This document shows, one piece after another, positions 1 to 8,154 of a stretch of 45,952 nt of DNA. The position numbers and the translations under genes are program-made. The DNA is from Myxococcota bacterium. GTDB taxonomy: Bacteria > Myxococcota_A > UBA9160 > UBA4427. The notes below the pieces were generated by a model that did no database searches, had not been told where the DNA came from, and saw nothing but the letters and a program-made list of their open reading frames with translations. Numbering within the stretch: position 1 is the stretch's first letter; every line of letters begins with the position of its first letter. The DNA is taken from NCBI GenBank assembly GCA_036336835.1, contig JAYZFK010000008.1:1-45952 (forward strand). The letters are read 5' to 3'.

Positions 1-207
1 CCCGGCCGGCCGATCCGTGCGACCGAGGCCGCGCTGGTCGTAGGAGAGAACCTCGAACTCCCGGACGAGCGGTCCCTCGAACACGCCGGGCTTGTGGCGT
101 AGATCGCCGCCGCTGCCGCCGATGAACAGCAGCCGAGGGCCGGTGCCGTGAATCTCGTAGTAGATCTCGATGCCGTGGACACGTGCCCGCTGCGCGTCTT
201 CGCTCAT
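1..207 (-). CDS. Alpha/beta hydrolase, N-terminal part (runs off the window start)
   Basis: Manual translation from ATG at 207: MSEDAQRARVHGIEIYYEIHGTGPRLLFIGGSGG...EVLSYDQRGLGRTDRP. This has the typical 'IYYE..G.G' and 'DQRG.G.T' motifs, with a GGAGG SD upstream. Not in the ORF track. Confidence 0.85.
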   Translation of the reverse strand, partial: MSEDAQRARVHGIEIYYEIHGTGPRLLFIGGSGGDLRHKPGVFEGPLVREFEVLSYDQRGLGRTDRPAG

Positions 208-339
208 GGCGTCCTCCGCGACGTGACGAGTCTCGGATCCTCTCACACGGCGCAGGTTTCCGATCGCGCGATTACCATTGCGCTTGTCGCGGGCCGATCG
301 CGTCGGATAGGCTGGTGCACCGACTAGGAGGAAGCAAGC

Positions 340-921
340 ATGGCCGAGGCGGCACTCAAGCGAATCGAAAAGGGGATCAACGAGCTCGCGGCGCAGCAGG
401 AGGCAATCTCGCAGCGCCTCCAGGCCCTAGAGGGCCGCGTGTCCAGCGCGCTGGGCGGCGCGGCGTCGCGCGAGGAGGTGATCGGGCTGCTCGACGGCTT
501 CCGCGCGGGGGAGGCCCTGGGTGCGGCCTCGATCGGTGCCTGGATCGACGTCTGCACCACCGACTGCGTGCGCGGCGCACTGCGCACGATTGCGCAACGC
601 GAGGCGATGCACGCCCGGCTGCTGGAGCAGCGCCTGCGCGAGCTGGGGGCGGAGCCGAGCTTCGAGATCCCCGCTGCCGAGGTGGAGCGCGCGATGAAGG
701 GGCTGGGCTCGACCGAGCAGACGGACGCGCAGAAGCTGCTCGAGTTCGCGCAGAGGTACCCGGACGCGGATGCCCTGCTGAAGCCGCTTTGCGACGTGGC
801 GGATCGCCTCGATCACGATCAGGAGACGCAGTGGCTGCTGCGCACGATCATCCAGGACGAGCGCTCGACGCTCGCGGTCGTGCACGAGGCCTGCGCCATG
901 CTCAACCCGCAGGCAGCCTGA
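340..921 (+). CDS. Ferritin-like four-helix-bundle protein with N-terminal coiled coil
   Basis: AGGAGG SD. Motifs EALGA, REAMHARLLEQRLRELG and IQDERST resemble the ExxH repeats of ferritin-like folds, although the second site lacks His. Confidence 0.6.
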   Translation: MAEAALKRIEKGINELAAQQEAISQRLQALEGRVSSALGGAASREEVIGLLDGFRAGEALGAASIGAWIDVCTTDCVRGALRTIAQREAMHARLLEQRLRELGAEPSFEIPAAEVERAMKGLGSTEQTDAQKLLEFAQRYPDADALLKPLCDVADRLDHDQETQWLLRTIIQDERSTLAVVHEACAMLNPQAA

Positions 922-999
922 GCCCGCCGCGGGCGCGGCCCGCGAACGGGGCTGCGGGTCGGTGTCAGGCAGCTCCGCCGATCCGGCTACGCTTTCGGG

Positions 1000-1269
1000 G
1001 TGGACGATTCCGAGAAGCTCGAGGCGCTGCTGGAGCTGGCTCGCGCGGCGGAACTCGAGATTCGCAGCGTCGGCTTGCACGCTCAGCCGGCGGGTGAGCC
1101 CGTGCCCACGAGCGCGGTGTGTCGTGTGCGCGATCAGGTCTGGATCGTCCTGTGCGCGGCCGACCCGCCCGAGCGACACCTGCGGGTGCTGGCCGAGGCA
1201 CTGCGCAGCCACCGTTCCGCCTGGCTGGAAGAACGCTGGATTCCTCCGGCTTTACGCGATCTTCTGTAG
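1000..1269 (+). CDS. Hypothetical protein (89 aa)
   Basis: GTG start, protein-like composition, fills the gap after the upstream gene. Confidence 0.6.
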   Translation: MDDSEKLEALLELARAAELEIRSVGLHAQPAGEPVPTSAVCRVRDQVWIVLCAADPPERHLRVLAEALRSHRSAWLEERWIPPALRDLL

Positions 1270-1299
1270 GCGGCGCTCGAGGGTCGCTCGCGGCTCCCT

Positions 1300-1354
1300 G
1301 CCGGCCAGTAGCCGGCCAGTAGCCGGCCAGTAGCCGGCGAGCAGCCGGCGAGTC
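1300..1354. repeat. 11-bp tandem repeat GCCGGCCAGTA (3 exact + 2 degenerate copies)
   Basis: Exact copies at 1300-1310, 1311-1321 and 1322-1332. Degenerate copies GCCGGCGAGCA at 1333-1343 and GCCGGCGAGTC at 1344-1354. Confidence 0.9.
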
Positions 1355-1375
1355 GAATTGCCAGACGCGGGCGTC

Positions 1376-1405
1376 TTGACCCGCAGTCCGCCCGCTCGGT
1401 ACCCT
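1376..1405 (+). promoter_or_regulatory. Putative sigma70-type promoter of the panBCD operon
   Basis: TTGACC (1376-1381), 18 nt spacer, TACCCT (1400-1405; TAnnnT), about 265 nt upstream of the panB ATG. Confidence 0.5.
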
Positions 1406-1444
1406 CCGGCTGTGCGAGGGCAATCGCAGGTCGCGATGTCCATC

Positions 1445-1620
1445 GAGTACGCCACAGAGCCGGGACCCCCGAAGCCCGGAAGACCAGGGACACGCCTTTC
1501 CAGCCCAGACGACGGTCGGATCCCATCTCGCGTGGGACCGATACGGGGGCGGAAGACGGGTGGTCGCTGCGAGCGGCCCACCGATCGCGCCTCCGGATCC
1601 TCCGGCAGGCGCTTCTCTTG
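1445..1620 (+). ncRNA. Structured panB 5' leader, candidate pan RNA motif plus attenuator-like hairpin
   Basis: Stem-loop with a single bulged A, TCGG-A-TCCCA/TGGGA-CCGA (1516-1541). A further hairpin GCGCCT-CCGG..CCGG-C-AGGCGC (1587-1612) is followed by TTCTCTT. The pan motif is described as bulged-A stem-loops upstream of panB/C/D. Confidence 0.5.
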
Positions 1621-1671
1621 CTCTTCGATCGCTTCGACTCGCGGGTGCCGACTGGACCGGAGGTACGGACC

Positions 1672-2499
1672 ATGTCGACCGTGACCGCTTCTTCGGCGCG
1701 GGAGCACCGCGTCACTGTTCGTTCGCTCTGCCGCGCCAAGCGCAAGGCCGAGCCGATCACGATGCTCACCGCCTACGACTTCACCTTCGCCCGGATCTTC
1801 GACGCCGCCGGTGTCGACCTGCTGCTGGTCGGCGACTCGCTCGGGAACGTCGTCCAGGGAGAGGCGACGACGCTGCCGGTGACGCTCGAGGAGTCCATCT
1901 ATCACACGCGGCTGGTCGCGCGCGGCGCGACGCGCGCGCTCGTGGTCGCGGACATGCCCTTCGGGTCGTATCAGGTGAGCCCCGAGGAGGCCGTGCGCAA
2001 CGCGATCCGCTTCGTCAAGGAATCCGCCGCGCAGGCGGTCAAGCTCGAGGGTGGGAGTGCGATGCTCCGGACCAGCGAGCGGATCGTCGCTGCCGGCATC
2101 CCGGTGATGGGCCACGTCGGGTTGACGCCGCAGTCCGTGCACACCATGGGGGGTCTGCGTGTACAGGGCCGCGGCGAGCGCGGCCGCTCACGCGTGATCG
2201 AGGACGCGATCGCGGTACAGGAGGCCGGCGCGTTCGCGGTGGTGCTCGAGGGCATCCCGAGCGATCTGGCGAAGGAGATCACGAGCACGCTGTCGATTCC
2301 TACGATCGGGATCGGCGCCGGCGTCGAGTGCGATGGGCAGGTGTTGGTGATGCACGACCTGCTCGGGCTCTCGGAATGGACACCGAGCTTCGTGAAGCAG
2401 TACGGAAGTCTGGGGCAGTCGGCGGCGCAGGCCGCGCGCGCCTACATCGACGACGTGCGCCATCGCAAGTTCCCCGGCGAGGAGCACGCGTACCGCTAG
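1672..2499 (+). CDS. panB: 3-methyl-2-oxobutanoate hydroxymethyltransferase
   Basis: Motifs [37 protein letters not shown] and [20 protein letters not shown] before ATG 1672. Confidence 0.97.
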   Translation: MSTVTASSAREHRVTVRSLCRAKRKAEPITMLTAYDFTFARIFDAAGVDLLLVGDSLGNVVQGEATTLPVTLEESIYHTRLVARGATRALVVADMPFGSYQVSPEEAVRNAIRFVKESAAQAVKLEGGSAMLRTSERIVAAGIPVMGHVGLTPQSVHTMGGLRVQGRGERGRSRVIEDAIAVQEAGAFAVVLEGIPSDLAKEITSTLSIPTIGIGAGVECDGQVLVMHDLLGLSEWTPSFVKQYGSLGQSAAQAARAYIDDVRHRKFPGEEHAYR

Positions 2500-2513
2500 C
2501 GCGGCCGGGTCGT

Positions 2514-3428
2514 ATGATGAAGATCATTCGCACCGTCCGAGGGCTCCAGGCGCTCGCCGATTGCGAGCGCGCCGCCGGGCAGCGCATCGCGCTGGTGCCG
2601 ACGATGGGGGCGCTGCACGCGGGGCATCTCTCGCTGATCGACGAGGCGCGCAAGCGCGCCGACGTGGTGGTGGTGTCCGTCTTCGTCAACCCCGCGCAGT
2701 TCGACGATCCGAGCGACTACGCGGGCTACCCGGCGACCTTCGAGGCAGACCGCGATGGGTGCGCGCAGCGAGGAGTGAACGCGATCTTCGCGCCGCCGCC
2801 CGAGGAGCTGTATCCCGAGGGCGCGCAGACCTGGGTCGAGGTCAGCGAGCTCGCCAGGCCCCTGTGCGGGGCGGCGCGCCCGGGTCACTTCCGCGGCGTG
2901 ACCACGGTCGTCAGCAAGCTGTTGCTCGCGGCCAAGCCGCACTGCGCCGTGTTCGGCCAGAAGGACTTCCAGCAGCTCGCCGTGATCAGGCGCATGGTTC
3001 GCGATCTCGGCTTCGACGTCGAGATCGTGGGCGCGCCGACCGTGCGCGAGCCGGATGGGCTCGCCATGAGCTCGCGCAACGTCCATCTCTGTCCGACGGG
3101 GCGGCGCCAGGCACTGGCCATCGTGCGCGCGCTCGAGGCTGCCGAGCAGGCCGCGGTGCTCGGAGAGCGCTGCGGCGATCGCATCCTGGAGCTGGTCGCA
3201 GACGAGCTCGCGACCGCGACGCTCGGCGAGATCGACTACGCCGAGCTGCGCGATCCCACGACACTCGAGCTCGCGCCGGCCGAGCTCGCCGGCGACGTCC
3301 TGCTCGCGCTGGCGGTTCGTTTCCGCAGCGAGCAAACGTCGGACGGCGAGGGGCATGTGCGGCTGATCGACAACCGGGTTCTGCCGACCGGGCCCGTGTC
3401 TCGGGCAATGAGGAGACCCTCCCAGTGA
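2514..3428 (+). CDS. panC: Pantoate--beta-alanine ligase
   Basis: [49 protein letters not shown]. Confidence 0.97.
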   Translation: MMKIIRTVRGLQALADCERAAGQRIALVPTMGALHAGHLSLIDEARKRADVVVVSVFVNPAQFDDPSDYAGYPATFEADRDGCAQRGVNAIFAPPPEELYPEGAQTWVEVSELARPLCGAARPGHFRGVTTVVSKLLLAAKPHCAVFGQKDFQQLAVIRRMVRDLGFDVEIVGAPTVREPDGLAMSSRNVHLCPTGRRQALAIVRALEAAEQAAVLGERCGDRILELVADELATATLGEIDYAELRDPTTLELAPAELAGDVLLALAVRFRSEQTSDGEGHVRLIDNRVLPTGPVSRAMRRPSQ

Positions 3429-3775
3429 CGCGTACCATGCTCAAATCCAAGATCCACCGCGCGACGGTGACCGAAGCCAACATCGAGTACGAAGGCTCGG
3501 TCACGATCGATCGCGACCTGCTGGACGCTGCCGACCTGCGTCAGTACGAGCAGGTGGACGTCTGGAACTGCACCAATGGCAACCGGCTCACGACCTACGT
3601 GATCGAGGGCCGCCGCGGCTCGGGCGATATCTGCATCAACGGCGCTGCGGCCCACCTGATCAAGCCGCTGGACCTGGTCATCATCGCGAGCTGGACCCAG
3701 GTCGACGATGCGGAGGCCGACGACTACGACGCCCGGCGCGTCTTCGTGGACTCTCGCAACCGCATTCGCGACTAA
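3425..3775 (+). CDS. panD: Aspartate 1-decarboxylase (pyruvoyl proenzyme)
   Basis: GTGA overlap with the panC stop. [10 protein letters not shown], Gly24-Ser25 self-cleavage site (YEGSVTID), TYVI and INGAAAH. Confidence 0.97.
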   Translation: MTRTMLKSKIHRATVTEANIEYEGSVTIDRDLLDAADLRQYEQVDVWNCTNGNRLTTYVIEGRRGSGDICINGAAAHLIKPLDLVIIASWTQVDDAEADDYDARRVFVDSRNRIRD

Positions 3776-3848
3776 TGCCCCAATGGGGCCGGCCCGCGCG
3801 ACCGCGGTGAGCGCGCAGACTCGCCGGCCCGGCTAGTCTTGTGGGGTC

Positions 3849-4343
3849 ATGGCCAGGTCGCAGGGGAAGCAACGGGCTCGGGGCGACGGCTCCCGATTGA
3901 TCGCCCGCAACCGGCGAGCGCGCTTCCAGTACGAGGTGGTCGATACGCTCGAGGCGGGCATCGTACTGCTGGGCCCCGAGGTCAAATCGTTGCGCGAGGG
4001 TCGCGCCAACCTCGGTGATGCCTATGCCAGCGTGCGCCGAGGAGAGTGCTTCCTGCACAAGCTCCACATCGGCCCCTACGAGCCCGCGACGCGCGAGAAC
4101 GGCGATCCGCTGCGCGACCGCAAGCTGCTGCTGCACCGCTCGGAGATCCACAAGCTCGAGGGTCGGGTAAACGAGAAGGGGCTCACGCTGATACCGCTCT
4201 CGTTGTACTGGAAGGACGGCCGGGCCAAGGTCGAGCTCGGGCTCGCGCGCGGCAAGCACGTGCGCGACAAGCGCGAGACGATCAAGCGGCGGACGGACGA
4301 GCGCGACGCCCAGCGAGCGATGCGGCGGGGCAGGGGACGCTAG
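3849..4343 (+). CDS. smpB: SsrA-binding protein
   Basis: IARNRRARFQY, EAGIVLLGPEVKSLR, RKLLLHRSEI, LARGK..DKRETIK. Confidence 0.97.
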   Translation: MARSQGKQRARGDGSRLIARNRRARFQYEVVDTLEAGIVLLGPEVKSLREGRANLGDAYASVRRGECFLHKLHIGPYEPATRENGDPLRDRKLLLHRSEIHKLEGRVNEKGLTLIPLSLYWKDGRAKVELGLARGKHVRDKRETIKRRTDERDAQRAMRRGRGR

Positions 4344-5644
4344 TGCGCGGGGCGTCGTGCGGCTGGGCGCTGCTGGTGCTCGCCGCCTGCCTTGTGCCAC
4401 CCGAGTCCCCGGGTCCTTCCGACTTCGCCACTCCCTATCGGCCGGACCGCCGCGACTACATTGCGTTCCGCGAGGCCCACCGCGAGATCCTCGAGCCGAA
4501 CTACCTGCCCTTCATGCTCCACCGCTTTGCCAGCGAGGGGCCGGAGGGCGATCTGTTGATTCTGTGTCGCTGGGCGAGCGACCGGATGCCGATCGAAGTC
4601 GCCGTCGAGGCGCCTGCGATTCCCGAGGCGCTGCAGGACGAGGTCCATCCGACCGCCCCGCAGCTCTTCGTGGCGGGTGTCGAGCAGGCGCTGCGGATCT
4701 GGGAGGACGAGCTCGAGGGGCTCGTCCGCTTCCGGCGCGTCGCAGCCGGCGAGGAGCCGGAGCTGCGCATCCGCCTGCTCGGCGAGCGAGCGCCGATGCC
4801 GCGGCCCGACGTCGTCGTGCTCGGTGCTACGCAGGCGCTGCTCGCCGCCTGCCAGGTGGAGGACTGGGATCCCGACGCGAACCAACTTCGGGTGCAGTTC
4901 GACGTTCCGGAGCTCGTCCTGTATCTGGCCGACGAGCACGGATTGCTGACGCCCGGACAGGTCGAGCGGGTCGCGCTCCACGAGATCGGCCACGCGCTAG
5001 GCATGCTCGGCCACAGCCCGATGCCGGGCGACATGATGTTCGAGGCCTATCGGGAGCGCTACGCGGTGGAGACGTTGTCCGAGACGGACGTGAACTCGTT
5101 CGTGTCGCTCTACCGCATGCCCAACGGCGTCCATTACGGCTACGTCGCGCCCGGACGCCCGACGCCTCGGCTCCCGCCCCTGCCGCCGAGTGGGGAGCCG
5201 GTGTTGCGGGCTGCTCCTCACGTGGACACGGCGCGCGGCTTCTCGCTGCGGCTACCCCAGGGTTGGCTGTGGGCCGAGGCAGCGCGCGGACTGTTCGCGG
5301 CCAACGGCCCGGCCTGGGAGTACGACGCGTCGCTCGAGCTCAGCGTATGGCCTTACGGCGATGTCGAGAGCTTTCTGGCCCGCTATGCCGGCGCGTTGTT
5401 CGAGGGCACCTGGTTTCGGCGCCGCGCTCCGACGGTCGTAGCCGGCCGCGCGGGCTTGCGCGTCCAGGTGGAGGATGCATCGGGCCGCAACGCCCGAGAC
5501 CTGCGCCTGGTACCGCTCGGGGATGGTCGGCTGCTCGTGATCGTGGCCCAGTCGCCGGTCGAGGCCGAAATCGCCTGGTCCCGCTGGTTCGAGGCCTCGA
5601 TCGCGACGCTGGAGCTGGCGACCGACGATCGCGGCTGGAGATAG
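4343..5644 (+). CDS. Matrixin-family zinc metalloprotease lipoprotein with C-terminal PsbP-like domain
   Basis: GTG overlaps the smpB stop. Lipobox LVLAAC, zinc motif HEIGHALGMLGH followed by Met-turn DMMF, and a C-terminal GFSLRLPQGW. Confidence 0.75.
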   Translation: MRGASCGWALLVLAACLVPPESPGPSDFATPYRPDRRDYIAFREAHREILEPNYLPFMLHRFASEGPEGDLLILCRWASDRMPIEVAVEAPAIPEALQDEVHPTAPQLFVAGVEQALRIWEDELEGLVRFRRVAAGEEPELRIRLLGERAPMPRPDVVVLGATQALLAACQVEDWDPDANQLRVQFDVPELVLYLADEHGLLTPGQVERVALHEIGHALGMLGHSPMPGDMMFEAYRERYAVETLSETDVNSFVSLYRMPNGVHYGYVAPGRPTPRLPPLPPSGEPVLRAAPHVDTARGFSLRLPQGWLWAEAARGLFAANGPAWEYDASLELSVWPYGDVESFLARYAGALFEGTWFRRRAPTVVAGRAGLRVQVEDASGRNARDLRLVPLGDGRLLVIVAQSPVEAEIAWSRWFEASIATLELATDDRGWR

Positions 5645-5677
5645 GCGGCGGTTGGACTGAGAATCCGACTGCGGCGG

Positions 5678-5971
5678 CTATTCGATCGGCGCGGCGGGCG
5701 CGGAGACGCTCAGCATCTCGCTCTCGACACCCATGGCGGCGAGCGTGTCGCGGTTGAAGTTCGCGATCGCGTTTGCTTGAGCTCGGCTCAGTGCCTCGCC
5801 TCCGTTGCCGGAGATGACGATGCGCTCTCCCGCCTCGCTCTCTGCGGCCCCGTCCCGGGTCGCGGCGGACTCGGCCACGCTGGGCGACCACTGCGCACAG
5901 CCGGCCGCGACGACGAGCAGGGTGATTGGGATCAGCAACAAACCGGTCAGATTCATCGGGTGCGAGCGCAT
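5678..5971 (-). CDS. Small hypothetical lipoprotein (about 97 aa)
   Basis: GGAGG SD 5 nt before the ATG. Hydrophobic stretch LTGLLLIPITLLVVAAGC ending in a lipobox. Confidence 0.6.
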   Translation of the reverse strand: MRSHPMNLTGLLLIPITLLVVAAGCAQWSPSVAESAATRDGAAESEAGERIVISGNGGEALSRAQANAIANFNRDTLAAMGVESEMLSVSAPAAPIE

Positions 5972-6117
5972 CGAGACCTCCAGGTGCCTGATTCCTTCTA
6001 CCCCGTCCTCCCGGCGCGGTGCGTCCCTCGAATGGGGGAGGCCAAGCCTCCTGTCCCCGTGGGGGCGCGGGCCGGATCGGACTGTGCCCAGCGGCGAGGC
6101 GCGCCGATAAGGAGACC

Positions 6118-7587
6118 ATGGTGCCTTCCAGAACCCAGTGCGATGCCCGCCTGCTGGTGAACGCGTTGCTCGACCACGTCGCAGGGCCCGAACGGGCTCG
6201 TGCAATCGAGCAGCTGGGCGGTCTCCAGGGCGCTGTCGATGCCAGGCGGCTCGCCGCGGCGATGCGTGCAGCCCGTCTCGACGAGGCCGAGGCGCGGCGC
6301 GTCGGAGTCGCGGCCGCCGCCGCGGTCGACGTTGCGCTCGCGGCGCGTCAGGCCGGGGTGGGCTCGACCGAGCGGGCGCTGCGCCAGGCTGACCGCTTGC
6401 TGCCTCGCGAGCACGCGACCGGTGTGTTCGAGATTCGTGCCCTCGAGCGGGGCGAGGCGCGGGTGGCTTACGCGGCGCCCGATGCTGTCGATCCGCTGCT
6501 GTGCGCCGCGCGCGCGGGGCTGCTCGCCGGATTGCCGCGCTGCTTCGGTGCGCAGCTTGCCCGCGTCGAGGAGATCGAGTGTGCCCATCGCGGTGCCGAG
6601 GCCTGCACCTATCGGGTGCGCTGGCGCCGTGGTATTGCAGACCGCCCACTGTTGCAGACGTTGATGATCGGTGCCCTGGCGGGAGCGGTGCTCGCGCTGG
6701 TGGGATGGGCACTTGCGCTGGTCAGCCCGTTGGCGAGCGTCACGTTGTTTGCGGCGCTCGGGGCGGCGGCAGCCGGCCGGCTCGTCGAAGCCAGCGGCGC
6801 AGCGCGAGTCGGTCATCAGGCAGGGCTCGTCGGCGAGCTCGAGCAGAGGATCGCCGAGCGCATGGACGATCTGGCGAAGCTCGATGCAACGGTGGCGCAC
6901 CGCGAGCCGAGCGAGGTTGCCGGCGACCCCGTCCATCGGCGCTCCGCAGAGCACGAGCATGCCCTCCAGCGCGAGTTGACGGGCTTTGGTCGCGAGCTGT
7001 GCGCGCTGCGCACGTGTGTCTCGACTTCCGACACTTCGCTCCGGCACCAGCTCGAGGCCATCGGCGACCGGTTCGAGCAGCTCCGGGTCGAGGCCAATGG
7101 TCTGATCGGCGATTCGAGCGGCGAGCTCACGCGACACGGACGCGAAGACCTGAGCGCGCTGGTCGCGTACTGCGTCGAGCGCACGCGGCGCTCGGATGGA
7201 AACGCGCCCGAGATCACGCTCGATCTTCCGGCGGATCTCCCGTTCGTTCACTGCGATGCCGTGCAGATCGAGCGCGCAGTCGAGCAGCTGCTGCGCAACG
7301 CCTGTGAGTCGGCCGGGCCGTCCGGCGGGGTCGAGGTGATCGCGGTGGCGGTGTCCGGCGGCGTCGAGCTCAGCGTGCGCGACGACGGCCCGGACGCGGA
7401 TCCGGATCGGGTCGAAGAGGCGTTCGATCCGTTCCTCGGCGGTGGCGCTGACCTGCCGGTCGAGGCCGCCGGGCTGCGCCTGGCGGCGCAGATCGTGGCC
7501 GAGCACGGCGGCTCGCTACTGCTGCATGCGGATGACGAATCGGGGACGCGCGCGAGCTTCGTGCTGCCGCTCGCGACGGCCGACTGA
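6118..7587 (+). CDS. Membrane sensor histidine-kinase-like protein (V4R-like domain, two TM helices, degenerate HATPase_c)
   Basis: AAGGAG SD. ECAHRGAEACTYRVRW (V4R-like), two TM segments, N-box QLLRNA, DDGP, FDPF, IVAEHGG and GTRASFVLP. Confidence 0.7.
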   Translation: MVPSRTQCDARLLVNALLDHVAGPERARAIEQLGGLQGAVDARRLAAAMRAARLDEAEARRVGVAAAAAVDVALAARQAGVGSTERALRQADRLLPREHATGVFEIRALERGEARVAYAAPDAVDPLLCAARAGLLAGLPRCFGAQLARVEEIECAHRGAEACTYRVRWRRGIADRPLLQTLMIGALAGAVLALVGWALALVSPLASVTLFAALGAAAAGRLVEASGAARVGHQAGLVGELEQRIAERMDDLAKLDATVAHREPSEVAGDPVHRRSAEHEHALQRELTGFGRELCALRTCVSTSDTSLRHQLEAIGDRFEQLRVEANGLIGDSSGELTRHGREDLSALVAYCVERTRRSDGNAPEITLDLPADLPFVHCDAVQIERAVEQLLRNACESAGPSGGVEVIAVAVSGGVELSVRDDGPDADPDRVEEAFDPFLGGGADLPVEAAGLRLAAQIVAEHGGSLLLHADDESGTRASFVLPLATAD

Positions 7588-7602
7588 TCCCGCGCTCCGG
7601 CT

Positions 7603-8001
7603 TCAGCGGCCGCGGCCGCGCAGGGCCTCGTAGAGCGGAGCGAAGCGTTCGAGTGTGCTCCGGGGCAGCGGCACGAGCTCGCCCAGCGCGCGGGCACCCC
7701 AGCTGATCTCGGCCGCGCGCTCGACCAGCGATGCCGCCTTCATGGTCTCTCCCAGGTCTCGCCCGATGGTCAGCAGCCCGTGGTTTGCCATCAGCACCGC
7801 GCCGCGGTCTCCGACGTGGCGTGCGACCTCGTCTGCCAGCGCGTGGCTGCCGGTCAGCTTGTAGTCCGCTACCGGTACGGCGCCGCCCACCTGGATATCG
7901 AACTCCTCGATCACGCACGGGATCGGCTGGTGCGTGAGGGCGAACATGGTGGAGTACCGGGCGTGCGAGTGGACCACGGCACCTGCTCGTACTGCGCCGA
8001 C
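7603..8001 (-). pseudogene. 5'-truncated class II aldolase/adducin family gene
   Basis: GAVVHSHARYST and VLMANHGLL metal motifs are present, but the roughly 90-aa N-terminal half is missing. An in-frame TGA at 8002-8004 lies 8 codons upstream of VVHSH. Confidence 0.7.
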
Positions 8002-8154
8002 TCAGGTCCGGAGCGGCAAGTGCCGTGGTCTGGTCCTGCGGGGTTGCGGGCTCGACCCGCCTGCGGGCATGCCGCCGGGAGCGGGTGGCCTACCCTCTAC
8101 GGGCTTCCGGACGGCGCGTCCGCGCGCGAGTCCGCGTTCATCGGGGAGGCTTCG

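Noticed and set aside
261..302. Palindrome ATCGCGCGAT in the divergent region as an operator
   Set aside because: CGATCG/CGCG words are very frequent throughout the window, so this is not distinctive.
1300..1354. Tandem repeats (also 29317-29356 and 42915-43031) as CRISPR arrays
   Set aside because: They are head-to-tail with no unique spacers, and there are no cas genes.
3776..4400. tmRNA (ssrA) next to smpB
   Set aside because: There is no intergenic room and no tRNA-like ends. smpB is flanked directly by CDSs.
6103..6110. Sigma28 -10 consensus GCCGATAA before the kinase-like gene
   Set aside because: There is no TAAA-type -35 at the right spacing, and it overlaps the SD only 7 nt from the ATG.
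8002..8004. Second Sec/readthrough UGA in frame with the aldolase
   Set aside because: The upstream in-frame sequence is not aldolase-like, overlaps the esterase on the other strand, and the position is not a conserved Cys.
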